Of a stretch of DNA of 64,000 bases, positions 51,529 through 64,000 are shown in pieces; the stretch's first letter is position 1, and the number at the start of each line of letters is the position of its first letter. The DNA is from Chiloscyllium plagiosum. Lineage: Eukaryota. Under the pieces are notes generated by a model, which did not search any database, had not been told where the DNA came from, and saw nothing but the letters and a program-made list of their open reading frames with translations. Made by a program: the position numbers and the translations under genes. The stretch covers positions 28,505,153 through 28,569,152 of the forward strand of contig NC_057719.1 of assembly GCF_004010195.1 (NCBI RefSeq). The letters run 5' to 3'.

Positions 51529-51939
51529 ATCTACACCTTCCAGTTAAGCTTCACATGTTTAGAGCAAACTGCACGTTCATAAATGGTTTGCAAGCAGAAG
51601 TAGTCAATTTCTGACAAATCAAAACAGCAAATCACCAAAATTTAAAACAAAATCAATAAATAACAGATTGCTATTTTAATTTACAAAGAGCGTTTACGAT
51701 GAGTCCCAAAAAAAAAAAAGTGCGTTCAAATTTCTGGTTTGTTACATTTGTATAGATAAAAACATTTATCCAACTTAAATATTTCACCTTTCCCTGCAAG
51801 GAATTTATCATATTTCCGAAGGTTTTGCTTCTAACAACAAAGAGGCATGTAAAGCAGCCTGGAGAATTTTTAAAAAATACTCAGCTATCACTGTGCTTTT
51901 GAACTCAGACCTGATTCGAATTGTATTACTATTATATTA

Positions 51940-52216
51940 GATTTCCTACAGCATGGAAACAGGCCTCTGAAGAGTAACCCACCCACCCATTCCCCTACAT
52001 TTACCCCTGACTAATGCAGCCAACAGTGGGCAATTTAGCATGGGCAATTCACCTGACCTGCACGTCTTTGGATCGTGGGAGGAAAGCGGAGCACCCGGCA
52101 GAAATCCATACAGACATGGGGAGAATGTCTGTGTGGAGTTGCACAGTCGCAAGAGGCTGGAATCTGACCCGGGTCCCTGGTGCGGAGGCAGCAATGCTAA
52201 CCACTAAGCCACCATG
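51940..52216 (-). mobile_element. HE1-like SINE
   Basis: ggtggcttagtggttagcattgctgcct head and V-domain. Confidence 0.8.
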
Positions 52217-53891
52217 GAGGTACTTAAAATAGCACCCTACAAGTAGTTTTGAAATACGATCATTTTTTGTTCAAGTTTGAGGAAATATAACTGGCCTGCA
52301 TATAAAAAGAGATGCCAGGAGGAGTGGTAGAGGCAAGCGCAATTATGAATATTTAAAAGACATTTGGACAGGTGCATGGATATGAAGGTTTTAGAACATA
52401 GGAGCCAAATACGAAAAAAGTGGGGATAGTTCAGTTTAGGAAACCTGGTCAGCATGGACAAGTTGGGCCAAAAAGTACTTAGGTTACCATCGTTAGAGTT
52501 GTAGCCAAACTGAAACATTATGAATGGGCTTGTAAATTCCAATATTTTTGGAGAGGGTGAATTAAAAGAAGAGGTCCTAAAAACATTAAAATTCTATCAA
52601 ATATTAAGTGACAAATGTTTTTGTAGTGAACTGATGTGGAAATACAGACATTTCTATAAAAGAATGCAAGAATTTAAAACTTGTTAAAGAGGATTAATAA
52701 AACACTTTAGTCATTAATGTACAGACAGCATCATAGAAACAAAAGTGAATACTTAAAATAGGAAAGACAGAAGGATTAGTACCAGAGAAGAAAATAAGAC
52801 TAGAATAGATAAATGTAGTTGAAGTATGACGGGCATAGGCACAAATAGGTAAGTGATCTACCTTTTTACTTTTTTAATTGGATCATTAGAGACAAATCAG
52901 CCATCTGCATGCTTGGTTCTAAGACTATTCAAGTATTTCTTCCAAAGTGAAGTAGTGAACAAGCTTTAAAAACTGCTTTATTATGGTGCTACATTTTTCA
53001 TAATTATGTTGTACTATGATGGCAAGGAATAGTCCGTGCATCTGGACAGTGGATCTGTCTCAGGTTAAGTAGAGTCATGGTACATATTTTATAGTAATGT
53101 TTCATTATCATTAATTCCAGTATAATATGTGACACTTGACAAATACATAACAGCTGCAGCAGGCAATTAAATGAAAACGTCCAATAAAAATGACAGTTGC
53201 GTCAAATTTTCCATATCTTTGTGCATTACATGGTTAGAGCAATTTTTTCTGGTTACAATTTCCCAGCTATTGATAGTGGCAGGTCAGTAGGCAGGAATAT
53301 CCCAAGGCAGATCACTGGCAGTAGATTGCTGCTGTGATGCAGTATCCTTCCACAGCACATTATAAAAAGGTTCAAGGTCAATTTTCTCAATATTTCCCTT
53401 CACATCTAGCTTCTCATCTAGTCTGGGCTGAGGTTGTTCTCAAGCAATTATAGAACAAACTATTAATTATGCAACTTCCAAAAAAAAAGCAAAGTTGAGC
53501 AAACATCGTTTTCAGCACATTATCTTCATTTTTCCCCATCAATGCCAACTGCAGTGTGATAAGGAACATTTGCTCCCGAAGAACAAATCAATGCTGAAAA
53601 TTGGAAGACATTCAAGCTCTTTTGCTTGATCTTGGTTCTTTGTTTAAAAAGGGGTACAACTGAGAACAGGAAATAAGGGAAAGCCTAAAACAGCTTATAG
53701 TGTGTAGAACAATCCGTCTTAGTTTAATATTGACCAAAATACTGCACATTGGTGGTCACGGAGGTACTGAATCTGAAAACGTAAAATGATGGGATTTACA
53801 TTGGTATATTAGTCTTCTGTTGACCAACTATCCTAAAAAATGACCAGTTTAACTGATGTATAAAAGGCATCAAACAGGAAATTTCACTCAC

Positions 53892-53950
53892 CACAATGGT
53901 AAAGTAGACCATGAATAAGATGGACAAACCACTTGTATAACCAAGAAATT
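53892..53950 (-). CDS. SLC38A6: SLC38A6 coding exon
   Basis: ttttcag| ... |gtgagt; 59 bp. Encodes (E)FLGYTSGLSILFMVYFTIV with the SLC38 LGYTS motif; phase-compatible with both neighbours. Confidence 0.95.
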
Positions 53951-54519
53951 CTGAAAACAAAATGACATCAAGTATTAGGAAATCCCAAATACAAGCTGTG
54001 CTGGCAAGGATAAAAACATTTGATAATTTACAATGAAGGAATAATGGTCTACAGAGTCATGGTCAACCTCAAGAATGAGCAGTATTACATATATTCCAAC
54101 TCCTACAAAAAAAAAGACATTAAAACAGAATGCAAAAACATGGGCAGAAAACATCAACTGCGTTGGCAAATTTGCAGCCCTCTGAAATAGAAAAGATTTG
54201 GAAAGGATGGTAGAAAACAGTTCAAAATATACACGTTTCTATTTTCCTAAATGTTTTATGACTTTTGCTTAGTGTAAGATGGGAGCCCGCAACTGGCATT
54301 CAATTATGGCATCCTTTCAGCTGAGCACCTCCTGTTAGCCAGCCATATTAACAAATGAAACTGGAAGGATTTGGAGCAGAGTTAGTTTATTTTGAGTTTG
54401 AGGGATACCCCTAATAGAGACCAATTTAGAGGTAAATCAGTGAAATAATTGAGGAAGATGATAAGATTAGTTTTAAACACTGAGTTCGAAATGATTTTGA
54501 ATATTCTACTTTCATGTAT

Positions 54520-54910
54520 AGTCAGAGTCAGATATACAGCACGGAAACAGACCCTTCGGTTGAACTTGTCCATGCTGACCAGATATCATAAATTAATCGA
54601 GACCCGTTTGCCATCATTTGGGCCATATCCTTCTAAACCCTTCCTATTCATATACCCATCCAGATGCCTTTTAAAATGTTGTCATTGTACTCTCCTCCAA
54701 CACTTGCTCGAGCAGCTTCTTCCATACACCCATCACTGTGTACTTGAAAAAGGTTGCCTCTTTAGGTCCCTTTTTAAGTCTTAGCTCTCTCTCTCACCTT
54801 AAACCTATGCCTTCAAGTTTTGGAATACACCAACCCAGGAAAAAAAAAAAAGACCTTTCCAGTTACCTGATCCATGCCCTTCATGATTTTATAAACTTCT
54901 AAAGGTCATC
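54520..54910 (-). mobile_element. CR1 3' fragment
   Basis: Matches the CR1 3' end and tail seen at 18250-18600. Confidence 0.8.
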
Positions 54911-54944
54911 TGGAATCTTTCTAAAATTGGATAAGCACTTTGAA

Positions 54945-56826
54945 ACACAAAAGGTGGATAAATCCCCAGGACCTGATCAGGTGTACCCTAGACCTCTGTG
55001 GGAAGCTAGATAAATGATTGCTGGGCCTGTTGCTGAGATATTTGTATCATAGATAGTCACAGGTGAGGTGCCAGAAGACTGGAGGTTGGCTAAAGTGGTG
55101 CCACTGTTTAAGAAGGGTGGTAAGGACAGGCCAGGGAACTACAGACCAGTGAGCCTGACATCAGTGGTGGGCAAGTTGTTGGAGGGAATCCTGAGGGACA
55201 GGATGTACATGCATTTGGAAAGACAAGGACTGATTAGGGATATTCAACATGGCTTTGTGCATGGGAAATCATGTCTCTCAAAGTTTTTTGAAGAAGTAAC
55301 AGGATTGGTGAGGGTAGAGCAGTAGATGTGATCTATATGGACTTCAGTAAGGCATTCAACAAGGTTCCCCATGGGAGACTGGTTAGCAAGGTTAGGTCTC
55401 ATGGAATACAGGGAGAACTAGACATTTGAATACAGAACTGGCTCAAAAGGTAGAAGACAGAGGGTGGTGGCAGAGGGTTGTTTTTCAGACTGGAGGCCTG
55501 TGACCAGTCGAGTGCCACAAGGATCGGTCCTGGGTCCTCTACTTTTTGTCATTTACATAAATGATTTGGATGGGAGCATAAGGTACAGGAAGCAAGTTTG
55601 CAGATGGCACCAAAATTGGAGGTGTAGTGGACAGCGAAGAAGGTTATCTCAGATTACAACAGGATCTTGACCAGATGGGCCAATGGGCTGAGAAGTGGCA
55701 GATGGAGTTTAATTCAGATAAATGCGAGGTGCTACATTTTGGGAAAGCAAATCTTAGCAGGACCTATACACTTGATTGTAAAGGTCCTAGGGGGAGTTGC
55801 TGAACAGAGACCTTGGAGTGCAGGTTCATAGCTCCTTGAAAGTGGAGTTGCAGGTAGATAGGATAGTGAAGGCGGCGTTTGGTATGCTTTCTTTTATTGG
55901 TCAGAGTATTGAGTACTGGAGTTGGGAGGTCATGTTGCAGCTGTACAGGACATTGGTTAGGCCACTGTTGGAATATTGTGTGCAATTCTGGTCTCCTTCC
56001 TATCAGAAAGATGTTGTGAAACTTGAAAGGGTTCAGAAAAGATTTTGGATTACTAAGATTAGATTAGATTACTTAGTGTGGAAACAGGCCCTTCTGTCCA
56101 ACAAGTCCACGCTGACCCGCTGAAGCACAACCCACCCAGACCCATTCCCCTACATTTACCCCTGCCCCTAACACTACAGGCAATTTAACATGGCCAATTC
56201 ATCTAACCTGCACATTTTTGGACTGTGGGAGGAAACCGGAGCACCCGGAGGAAACCCACGCAGACAGAGGGAGAATGTCTGTGTGGAGTTTGCACAGGTC
56301 AGTCGCCTGAGGCATGAACTGAACCCAGGTCTCTGGCACTGTAAGGCAGCAGTCCTAACCACTGTGCCACCGTTACAAGGATGTTGCCAGGGTTGGAGGA
56401 TTTGGGAGGCGCTGAACAGGCTGGGGCTGTTTTCCCTGGAGCGGAGGTTGAGGGGTGACCTTCTAGGAGATTTGCAAAATCATGAGGGGCATGGACTCGA
56501 CAAAGTCTTTTCCCTAGGGTTGGGCAGTACAGAACTAGAGGTTTAGGGGTGAGAGGGGAAAGATATAAAAGAGACCGAAGGGGCAACTTTTTCCACACAG
56601 AGGGCGGTACATGCATGGAATGAGCTGCCAGAGAATGTGGAGGAGGCTGGTACAATTACGACATTTAAGCAGCATTTGGATGGGTATATGAATAGGAAGG
56701 GTTTGGAGGGATATGGGCCGGGTGCTGGCAGGTGGGACTAGATTGGGTTGGGATATCTGGTCGGCATGGACAGGTTGGACCGAAGCATCTGTTTCCATGC
56801 TGTACACCTTTATAACTCTATGACTC
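54945..56826 (+). mobile_element. 5'-truncated CR1 LINE
   Basis: [45 protein letters not shown] and LEYCVQFWSP; tail actctatgactc. Confidence 0.92.
56055..56372 (-). mobile_element. HE1 SINE inside CR1
   Basis: Head cggtggcacagtggttagg, V-domain and (TCTAA)n tail. Confidence 0.9.
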
Positions 56827-58172
56827 ACGTGAAATTTGAAGAGGTTGCCAAATACCTCCAGGCAATACAAAACTGCAAAGGGGAGTGTGTTTGGGCTCAA
56901 AGTTTGCAACCATGATAGAGAGAACTGTGCAGTACAAAGGAAAATGAAGTGCAAGAAAGATGATATTATGACTCAATTTTTGGTGTTTCAGCCTCTTTCC
57001 CTAGCCACTAACAAAATGACATGCAACTAAATAGTCACAAAAGACTTTTACAAGGCAGAAACGGGGTAAAAGAACAAAAAGAAAAGCTGAGACATTTCTA
57101 ATAGGATTCAGTTGAAATTCTGTTTGTCGTCATCTAAAAGAAAGTTTTTAAAAACCCATTAACTGAAGGACTCTTAGCTTGGCGCACACAAATCAAACCT
57201 AAGGAGCAAGAGCAAATGTTCATATCCAAAACTCCAGAATTAGTAACATTAGAATAAAGGTATTGGGACTTGTGATCACTATGGGTAAAATGCCAGAAGT
57301 GCATGTGTCATTCGTGGAACCTGCAATAGGTCAGTTGGGAGAGATTTAAAGAAAGCACCTTGCCAGATGCTGGTGGAAGACCCAGGAAATCCCAACCTAT
57401 ACAGAAATTTTTGATGCAGTATGTAGTTCAGCTAAAAAGACTGTTCATTTGCTGTAGTTTTAAAACAAAATATCTTAAATAGAGAATTAACTAATGTGCT
57501 TTGAATTTGGTGTAGTAACATTCTTTTGCTTTAAAAGCAACTACTTGTGGCTTCATTTTTTGTTTAAAATACCAGTTTCAATTTCCATAAAGGAAAAAAT
57601 GCTACTATTTTAAAGGATTGTTACCCCACTTAATGCTTATTGTAAGTTTAGTTTTAAAGTTACTGAAGGGAGTGAGGAACTCAAATGTGTAAAACACGTT
57701 AGTGTACGTAGAATAATGTTGCATAATAAGATCCCCAGCATTTGGTAAAAGACAGAAATCCTGTTGTTGGGTTGGTGTAAATCACAAACATCTGATAGGG
57801 AATAATTTTAGGACCTTGGGAGATACAAAAATAGTGGGCCCCCAGCTGCATCTTAGAATTATTTTCATCCACTTTCATTTCCAAACTCGATATTTAGAAA
57901 TACTTCCTAGAATTCCAAATTTCAAACAAATCACCTAAGTGACAAGTATTTTCAATTAGCCGTGGTCCCAATGGTTTTATCAAAAATTTAAAAAAGCACC
58001 TCAGATTATGTTGGCGATATAATGCAATAAAGAAATTTGAAGTGAATCATGACCAAAACAGAGCAGAATATTGCAAGCACTTCATAAACAGCAATAACTA
58101 CAGATCAAAAATGGTATGTTATTGATGACATTCTGCATTAGGGACTAAAAGAAAATAAAGTAAAACAATTAC

Positions 58173-58258
58173 CTATTTTAGGAAGAAGAGCAAGAGGTAG
58201 AACAACAAAGATAACAGTAATGAGCAGGAGAATCTGTCCATTAAGGTACCAGGGAGTC
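58173..58258 (-). CDS. SLC38A6: SLC38A6 coding exon (first one in window)
   Basis: Acceptor cactttag| and donor |gtaatt; 86 bp, phase 2 to 1. Encodes TPWYLNGQILLLITVIFVVLPLALLPKI, matching the recalled SNAT6 segment WYLDGQ...PLALLPKI. Confidence 0.95.
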
Positions 58259-60236
58259 CTAAAGTGTGAATAAAAAAAAAAATCAAAGTTTAACAAATAG
58301 CACCAAAAAAAATTAACATAAATCCAACAACTTGCAAGATTATGCCACAATTTGTTGAGAGCATGAAGATTTGCAAACGATAACTCTCAATACTTGCAAT
58401 CTTTGGCCACATGTATTGAGCAAATTATCCACCTTGGTCTACTCAGAGTTACCCCCGGAATCAAGTCTTCAGGCAATTCGATTCTTTCCGTATCAAAAAA
58501 AAAACACCACACATTGGCAAAAGGCTTCACAAAAAAAAAGTCCTGTGTCTGATTGTAGACTGAAGACATATCCAGAACCAAGTTATTTCAGTAGAATTAC
58601 CATATTGGCAGCTGGAGTCACAGCAGAGACCTGATTATGCCCAGTCCCCCCCCCCAAAAAAAAATCTCTTTGCGTCAATTACAACACCATCAGCAAACCC
58701 TCAAAACACTAGACAGCCAAATAATGGAAAGAGTAATGGATACTGTCTAAATAACTCACCTGATGCTCAGTTTGAAGAATCACTTGAATCCAAGCCCAAT
58801 TGACATCCATGTATGAACCAATACCAAATTGAATTTGTAAAATAATGAGTGTAAACTGTACTCAGGAGGGTCAGATACTGGTAAAACTGAAAGTGAAATT
58901 GGGAACCCTTCTCTGCTGGAGATATAGAACTTGAATTCATGTTGTGCTTTTCACATTGCAGAATAATGCAAGGCATTTCAGAGACATTACAAATCAATGA
59001 CACCAAACCATAAAAGTTTGTTGTTGTTAGGTTGGATGGCCAAAAGAATGAACAAAGTTAGATTTTTTAAAAAGGTTGCATAAGAGTCAAGCAAATGGAA
59101 AGGCAGAGAAATTGACAGAATTCCAGAGCTTTGGGTTTATCAGCTGGAATTAGGAAAGCACTGGTATCAGTATATCAGAAGTGAGATGACTAAACTAACT
59201 ATCAAGGCTGTTCCACCATTCAGTATAGTTAAGCTGGGCTTAGATTCCATTTTCCTATCCACTCCCATGTTTCAATTCCCTCAATGACCAAAGAGGTCTC
59301 AACTCAACCCGGAATGCATTCAATAAATTGTACATCCACAATATTCTTAGGTAAGAATGCTAAGGATGCACAATTGCTCACGTGAAAATTCTCTTCATCT
59401 CAGTCTTAAATAATGTCACTTACTCTTGTTTTAGTCCTCCCAGCCAGGGGAAAACAATGCTTAAACATCTACAAAGTTATGAAGGGGCTGAACTGAGAAG
59501 GTTTTAATAAGGATCATTTCATCTTACTAAATTCCAAATTACTCAACCTATGTTAAGTGGGTCTAACACAGGACAATCCCATCACCACAGGTACCAATCT
59601 TGTGGGCTTCACTGTGTTGCTTCCAATATCACACCCACAACCATCTAAAAAGATGTTAATAGTAGCAGATAGAGACACCAACAGCAACTTCCCCTCTAAG
59701 CCACTCACCATCCTGACTTGGAAATACATTATTCCTTCTGTGTAATAGTTCCAGGATGGTGACCCAAGCATTTCAAGTCTGTCTTGACCAAATGCAATGT
59801 ACACAGGGCAGAAGCTCATCACCTTCGTAAGGTAAACAAGAATGAGCAATAAATATACATCCCATTATGATGATGCTGCTCCTTTAACAATGCTTAGTGT
59901 CATTGGCTTTCACCCACCCAGAAGAGGCCATAGAAGACAGACTCCAAAAAGTCTACGTTTGAAGGATTTTAGGACAATTTGATTATAGCTAACAGATACT
60001 GCCATAGGAAAAAAAAAAGGCTTTCAAAATTTTAAAAAACACTTGCACTAAGGGGAGTGGCCAGTTCTCCCAGCTCAACATTTATTTGGTTTGGTCTAAT
60101 TATTCACCGAAAGCAATCAGGCAGTGGAAAAGCTGCTAGACCCAAAGAAGCAGGTCCAAGCGAATGAATGGGAGAGTTTAGACATACACCCGTATTAACT
60201 TAGGAGTTCACCACTCCTGGGCCTAGGACTCAACAG

Positions 60237-62600
60237 ACCTAACTGTCCTGGTTAAACAAATACCCTAATTAAGATAGCCGAAAAAAAATCTATATCCAAA
60301 TAACTCAAATAGGGCTGCATGTCTTACAAAAATGGTCTGTTGTGCGGTGCACCATGTTTGTAAAAAAAGTCCATGGGAATGTGCTCCATAATTTCCACCA
60401 TCCCAGCAAGCACGGTGGGTTCTCAGACACCCAATTCATCTGTGCACAGTTTGCAAAAATATTAAATAGTTTTGTCCCGTGCCTGTCTGAAGATGATTAC
60501 TTCTCCTCTTAGGTCTACTGAATTGGAGTCTAGTTTAACTTCGGTCTTCAATACCATCTCTCTCCTGCCACAGCGCTACAATAAACACAGCCTGTGGCAT
60601 ATCCAGAAGCAATGGGTAAGATTACCTACACTTATTTTACATTTGGGGAACATTGAAGATGCCCCTTTTTAAAAAACTTCGCCAGAAGGTCCAGTGTCAG
60701 ATGAACCCTGTGCAGAACTTTTAACTGCATAGCGCATGTCCTATTACAGATTGAGATCTTTGTGCATTCTCCAATGTTTCAGAAGAGATCTCCACTCCTA
60801 GCTCTTGCTCCCAGAGTGCACATAACCGGTTAATATCCTGCCAGGCCCTGCCACCCAGCAGGTGATAGAAAGCATTAACCGAAAGGGTGCTTGTGGAATT
60901 TAGCAACAACATTTCTGTATCGGGCTCATAGAGAAGCATAGTTGTCTTTTGGATGAAATCCCTAACCTGAAAAAAAAACAGAAAAAAGATCTCTGCTGGG
61001 CAACCCACATTTGTGGCTCAGTTGCTCAAAAGACATCATAACCTCCCCCTCAAACAAGTCTCCCAAACTAGAAACTCCTCTTACTGCCCATAGTTTGAAC
61101 CCTGAGTCCATCATCCTTGGTTGGAACCCTGACATACCAACTATCAGAATGAGTGGCTAAGTCTTGGATAAGCAACCCTCACTAACACACTGCCCTCCAT
61201 GCCTTGACCATATTAACAGTGTTCTGCCAGTGGTCCATAACAGTCCTCATATTAACCTGTTGCTCATGGATAAGAAGAGGGCACTTTGCCTGGGAGGCAT
61301 CGATATCCAACCATATTGAGCCCGGATCATTACCTACCCAACTGCAGACAAAGGACAGCAGGGTACTCAGTTGATACCTCCTGATGTCTGGGAAATCAGC
61401 TTCACCCCTCCTTGAAGCAACTGCAATTCAGTAAGTTTGATGAGGGGCCACCCATGATGCCAAACAGAAACCAAACAAATCCATAAGTTTCCACAGCATT
61501 GATCTGGGAAACATTATAGGGAGCACACGCATGGGATAAAGCAAACTAAGAAGAACATTAATGAGAGATATTCAGCCCAACCATGAATTTGGAAGAGCCT
61601 CCCATCTCGGAGATCCCACCGAACATGGTCGAGCAAGTGAGCAAAGTTAGTCTGAAATAACCAAACTTGGGGGGGGGGGGGGGGAATAAAAATGCCTAGG
61701 TATTGGAACCCCGCTCGTGATCACTTAAAGGGGAACCTAGAGCCACCTTCAACCTCTGGCACTTCCTTAAGTCCCCCAAAAGGCGTAGCTGCCAACTTTG
61801 CAAAGTTGATCTTACATTATAAGAGATGGGGTACGGAAGTTATCCGGTTTGATAAAAAAAAACAGCAGGACAATATCTGCATACAGTGTAACCTTGCGTA
61901 CCCTCTATCCAATTTCCAGAGCGGTTATGTAGATGTTCTGATGAATGGCCTCTGCCAGTGGCTATATCACCAACGTAAACAACAATGGTGAAAGGGGGCA
62001 GCCTTGGGATGACTACCCGTACCAATCCTGAAGTTCCCAGACTTCACCCTGTTGGTGATGGCATAAAACCTCCACCCACCTAGCAAAGATCCCACCCAAC
62101 CCAACCCAACCCAAACCACTCTAAGACAAAAAAGGGATGGCCATTCCACCCAGTCAAATGCTTTCTCTGCATTTAAAGAAAATCACCAACCCCTGAATCA
62201 ACCGTTGCTGACATGCTTGGACTATATTCAGCAACCTTCTAATATTATTAGAAGACCTGCAGCCCCTTACAAAACCTGCAAGGTCCTCTTTAACAATATA
62301 CAGCAACACCTTTTCCAATCTCAACACCAAGATCTTAGAATCTCAAAATCTGAATTTAAAAAAAAAGAGATGGGCCTGTAAGAGGCACAATCCTCAGGAA
62401 CCTTTCCCTTCTTAAGGATTGAGGAAATATTTGCTTCTCTCAAAGATGGTGGTAAGCATTCATGCATATAAAAGAGTGATTGTACATCTCCAACATCGAT
62501 CCTAACAGAATCCCTTTAAACGCCTTATAAAAACTCACCCGGGAGACCATCAGGGCCAGGGCCCAAACCCACTCTGAAGTTGCCTAACTGCCTATTGAAT
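60237..62600 (-). mobile_element. Degraded L1-clade LINE ORF2 (RT and C-terminal region)
   Basis: PGPDGLPGEFY near 62540, AFD.VEWP near 62150, and FFQVRDFI...WEQELGVEIS in 60721-61008. Confidence 0.8.
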
Positions 62601-63566
62601 TTACATGAATGATTTGGATGCGAGCATAAGAGGTACAGTTAGTAAGCTTGCAGATGACACCAAAATTGGAGGTGTAGTGGACAGCGAAGAGGGTTACCTC
62701 AGATTACAACAGGATCTTGACCAGATGGGCCAATGGGCTGAGAAGTGGTAGATGGAGTTTAATTCAGATAAATGAGAGGTGCTGCATTTTGGGAAAGCAA
62801 ATCCTAGCAGGACTTATACACTTAATGGTAAGGTCCTAGGGAGTATTATTGAACAAAGAGACCTTGGAGTGCAGGTTCATAGCTCCTTCAAAGTGGAGTT
62901 GCTGGTAGATAGGATAGTGAAGGCGGTGTTTGGTTTGCTTTCCTTTATTGGTCAGAATATGGAGTACAGGAGTTGGGAGGACTCATTGCAGCTGTATAGG
63001 ACATTGGTTAGGCCACTGTTGGAATATTGCGTGCAATTCTGATCTCCTTCCTATCGGAAAGATGTTGTGAAACTTGAAAGGGTTCAGAAAAGATTTACAA
63101 GGATGTTGCCAGGGTTGGAGGATCTGAGCTACAGGGAGAGGCTGAACAGGCTGGGGCTGTTTTCCCTGGAGTGTCAGAGGCTGAGGGGTGACCTTATAGA
63201 GGTTTACAAAATTATGAGGGGCATGGATAGGATAAATAGACAGTCTTTTCCCTGGGGTCGAGGAGTCCAGAACCAGAGGGCATAGGTTTAGAGTGAAAGC
63301 AGAAAAGATATAAAAGAGACCTAAGGGGCAACGTTTTCACACAGAGGGTGGTACGTGTATGGAATGAACTGCCAGAGGATGTGGAGGAGGCTGGTACAAT
63401 TGCAACATTTGAGAGGCATTTCGATGGGGATATGAGTGGGAAGGGTCTGGAGGGATATGGGCCAGGCGCTGGCAGGTGGGACCAGATTGGGTTGAGATAT
63501 CTGGTTGGCACAGACAGGTTGGACCGAAAGGTCTATTTCCATGCTGTACATCTCTATGACTCTATG
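62601..63566 (+). mobile_element. 5'-truncated CR1 LINE
   Basis: LADDTK, LEYCVQF and LERVQKRFTRMLPGL motifs; tail tctatgactctatg. Confidence 0.92.
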
Positions 63567-64000
63567 GGTCTACTTGGAACAGCATCAAGTTGGGATGATT
63601 TGTCAGGTTTTTGGATAGGTTACATTATCCTATATTCTGTTCTCTTGTGTGTGTGTTTTGGTCACTAAATGTAATAAATAAGTTGTTTTGTTTAAAACTA
63701 GTTTGTTTAACCAACTGCATCTCAGTTGGAATATCTGCATTACACCTGCTTAAAAAAAAAACTGGCAAAGGTAGGGTCTAGGCTACTTTCTTGAAATGTT
63801 TTGAGGGGATCTGGCCTGGTCCATAAGACCATGAATTAAAGGGAATTTGTTTTTTAAATTCACATCAATTTGAAGCCTGTGTGTTCTGTTCACGATGCCT
63901 AGGCTTGTACTGCTGGCAAACCTAGATTAAGGGACAGAAAGTAATGTGTTAAGATCATTAATGTTGAAAATAGTTGAGACTTCAAGATAGATACTTGCAA

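Larger units (their letters stand above)
59868..63826 (+). mobile_element. LTR-like repeat split by L1 and CR1 insertions (5' part ~59868-60236, 3' part ~63567-63826)
   Basis: The two halves resemble the 5' and 3' parts of 35216-35685. Confidence 0.5.

Noticed and set aside
58767..59006. Upstream SLC38A6 coding exon
   Set aside because: No resemblance to the expected AMSSYL..IK.ELP segment; that exon is probably beyond the window.

Overview
Vertebrate genomic DNA with two assembly gaps, very probably from a shark: it carries HE1/V-SINEs and CR1 LINEs sharing their 3' tail. The only clearly intact gene is the 3' part of SLC38A6 (SNAT6 amino-acid transporter) on the minus strand. It has ten phase-consistent GT-AG coding exons from 58258 down to the stop at 39841, plus a probable 2-kb 3' UTR; the earlier exons are not in the window. 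Most of the rest is nested transposable elements: CR1, Rex/Babar, L1, Tx1, RTE, Penelope, a Gmr1-type Gypsy, solo LTRs, HE1 SINEs and a Tigger-like MITE. Three observations stand out. (1) Splice-site-bounded, stop-interrupted segments in the non-repetitive islands between 11.0 and 34.3 kb (minus strand) read like a decayed multi-exon gene with repeated C2-like (CCDC33-reminiscent) domains. (2) A family of short fold-back Penelope derivatives has ~15-bp target-site duplications and minimal hammerhead-ribozyme cores. (3) Tx1 3' ends are stacked in tandem at the TATA box of an LTR-like repeat. All family assignments come from reading motifs by eye, not from database searches, and TE boundaries are approximate.
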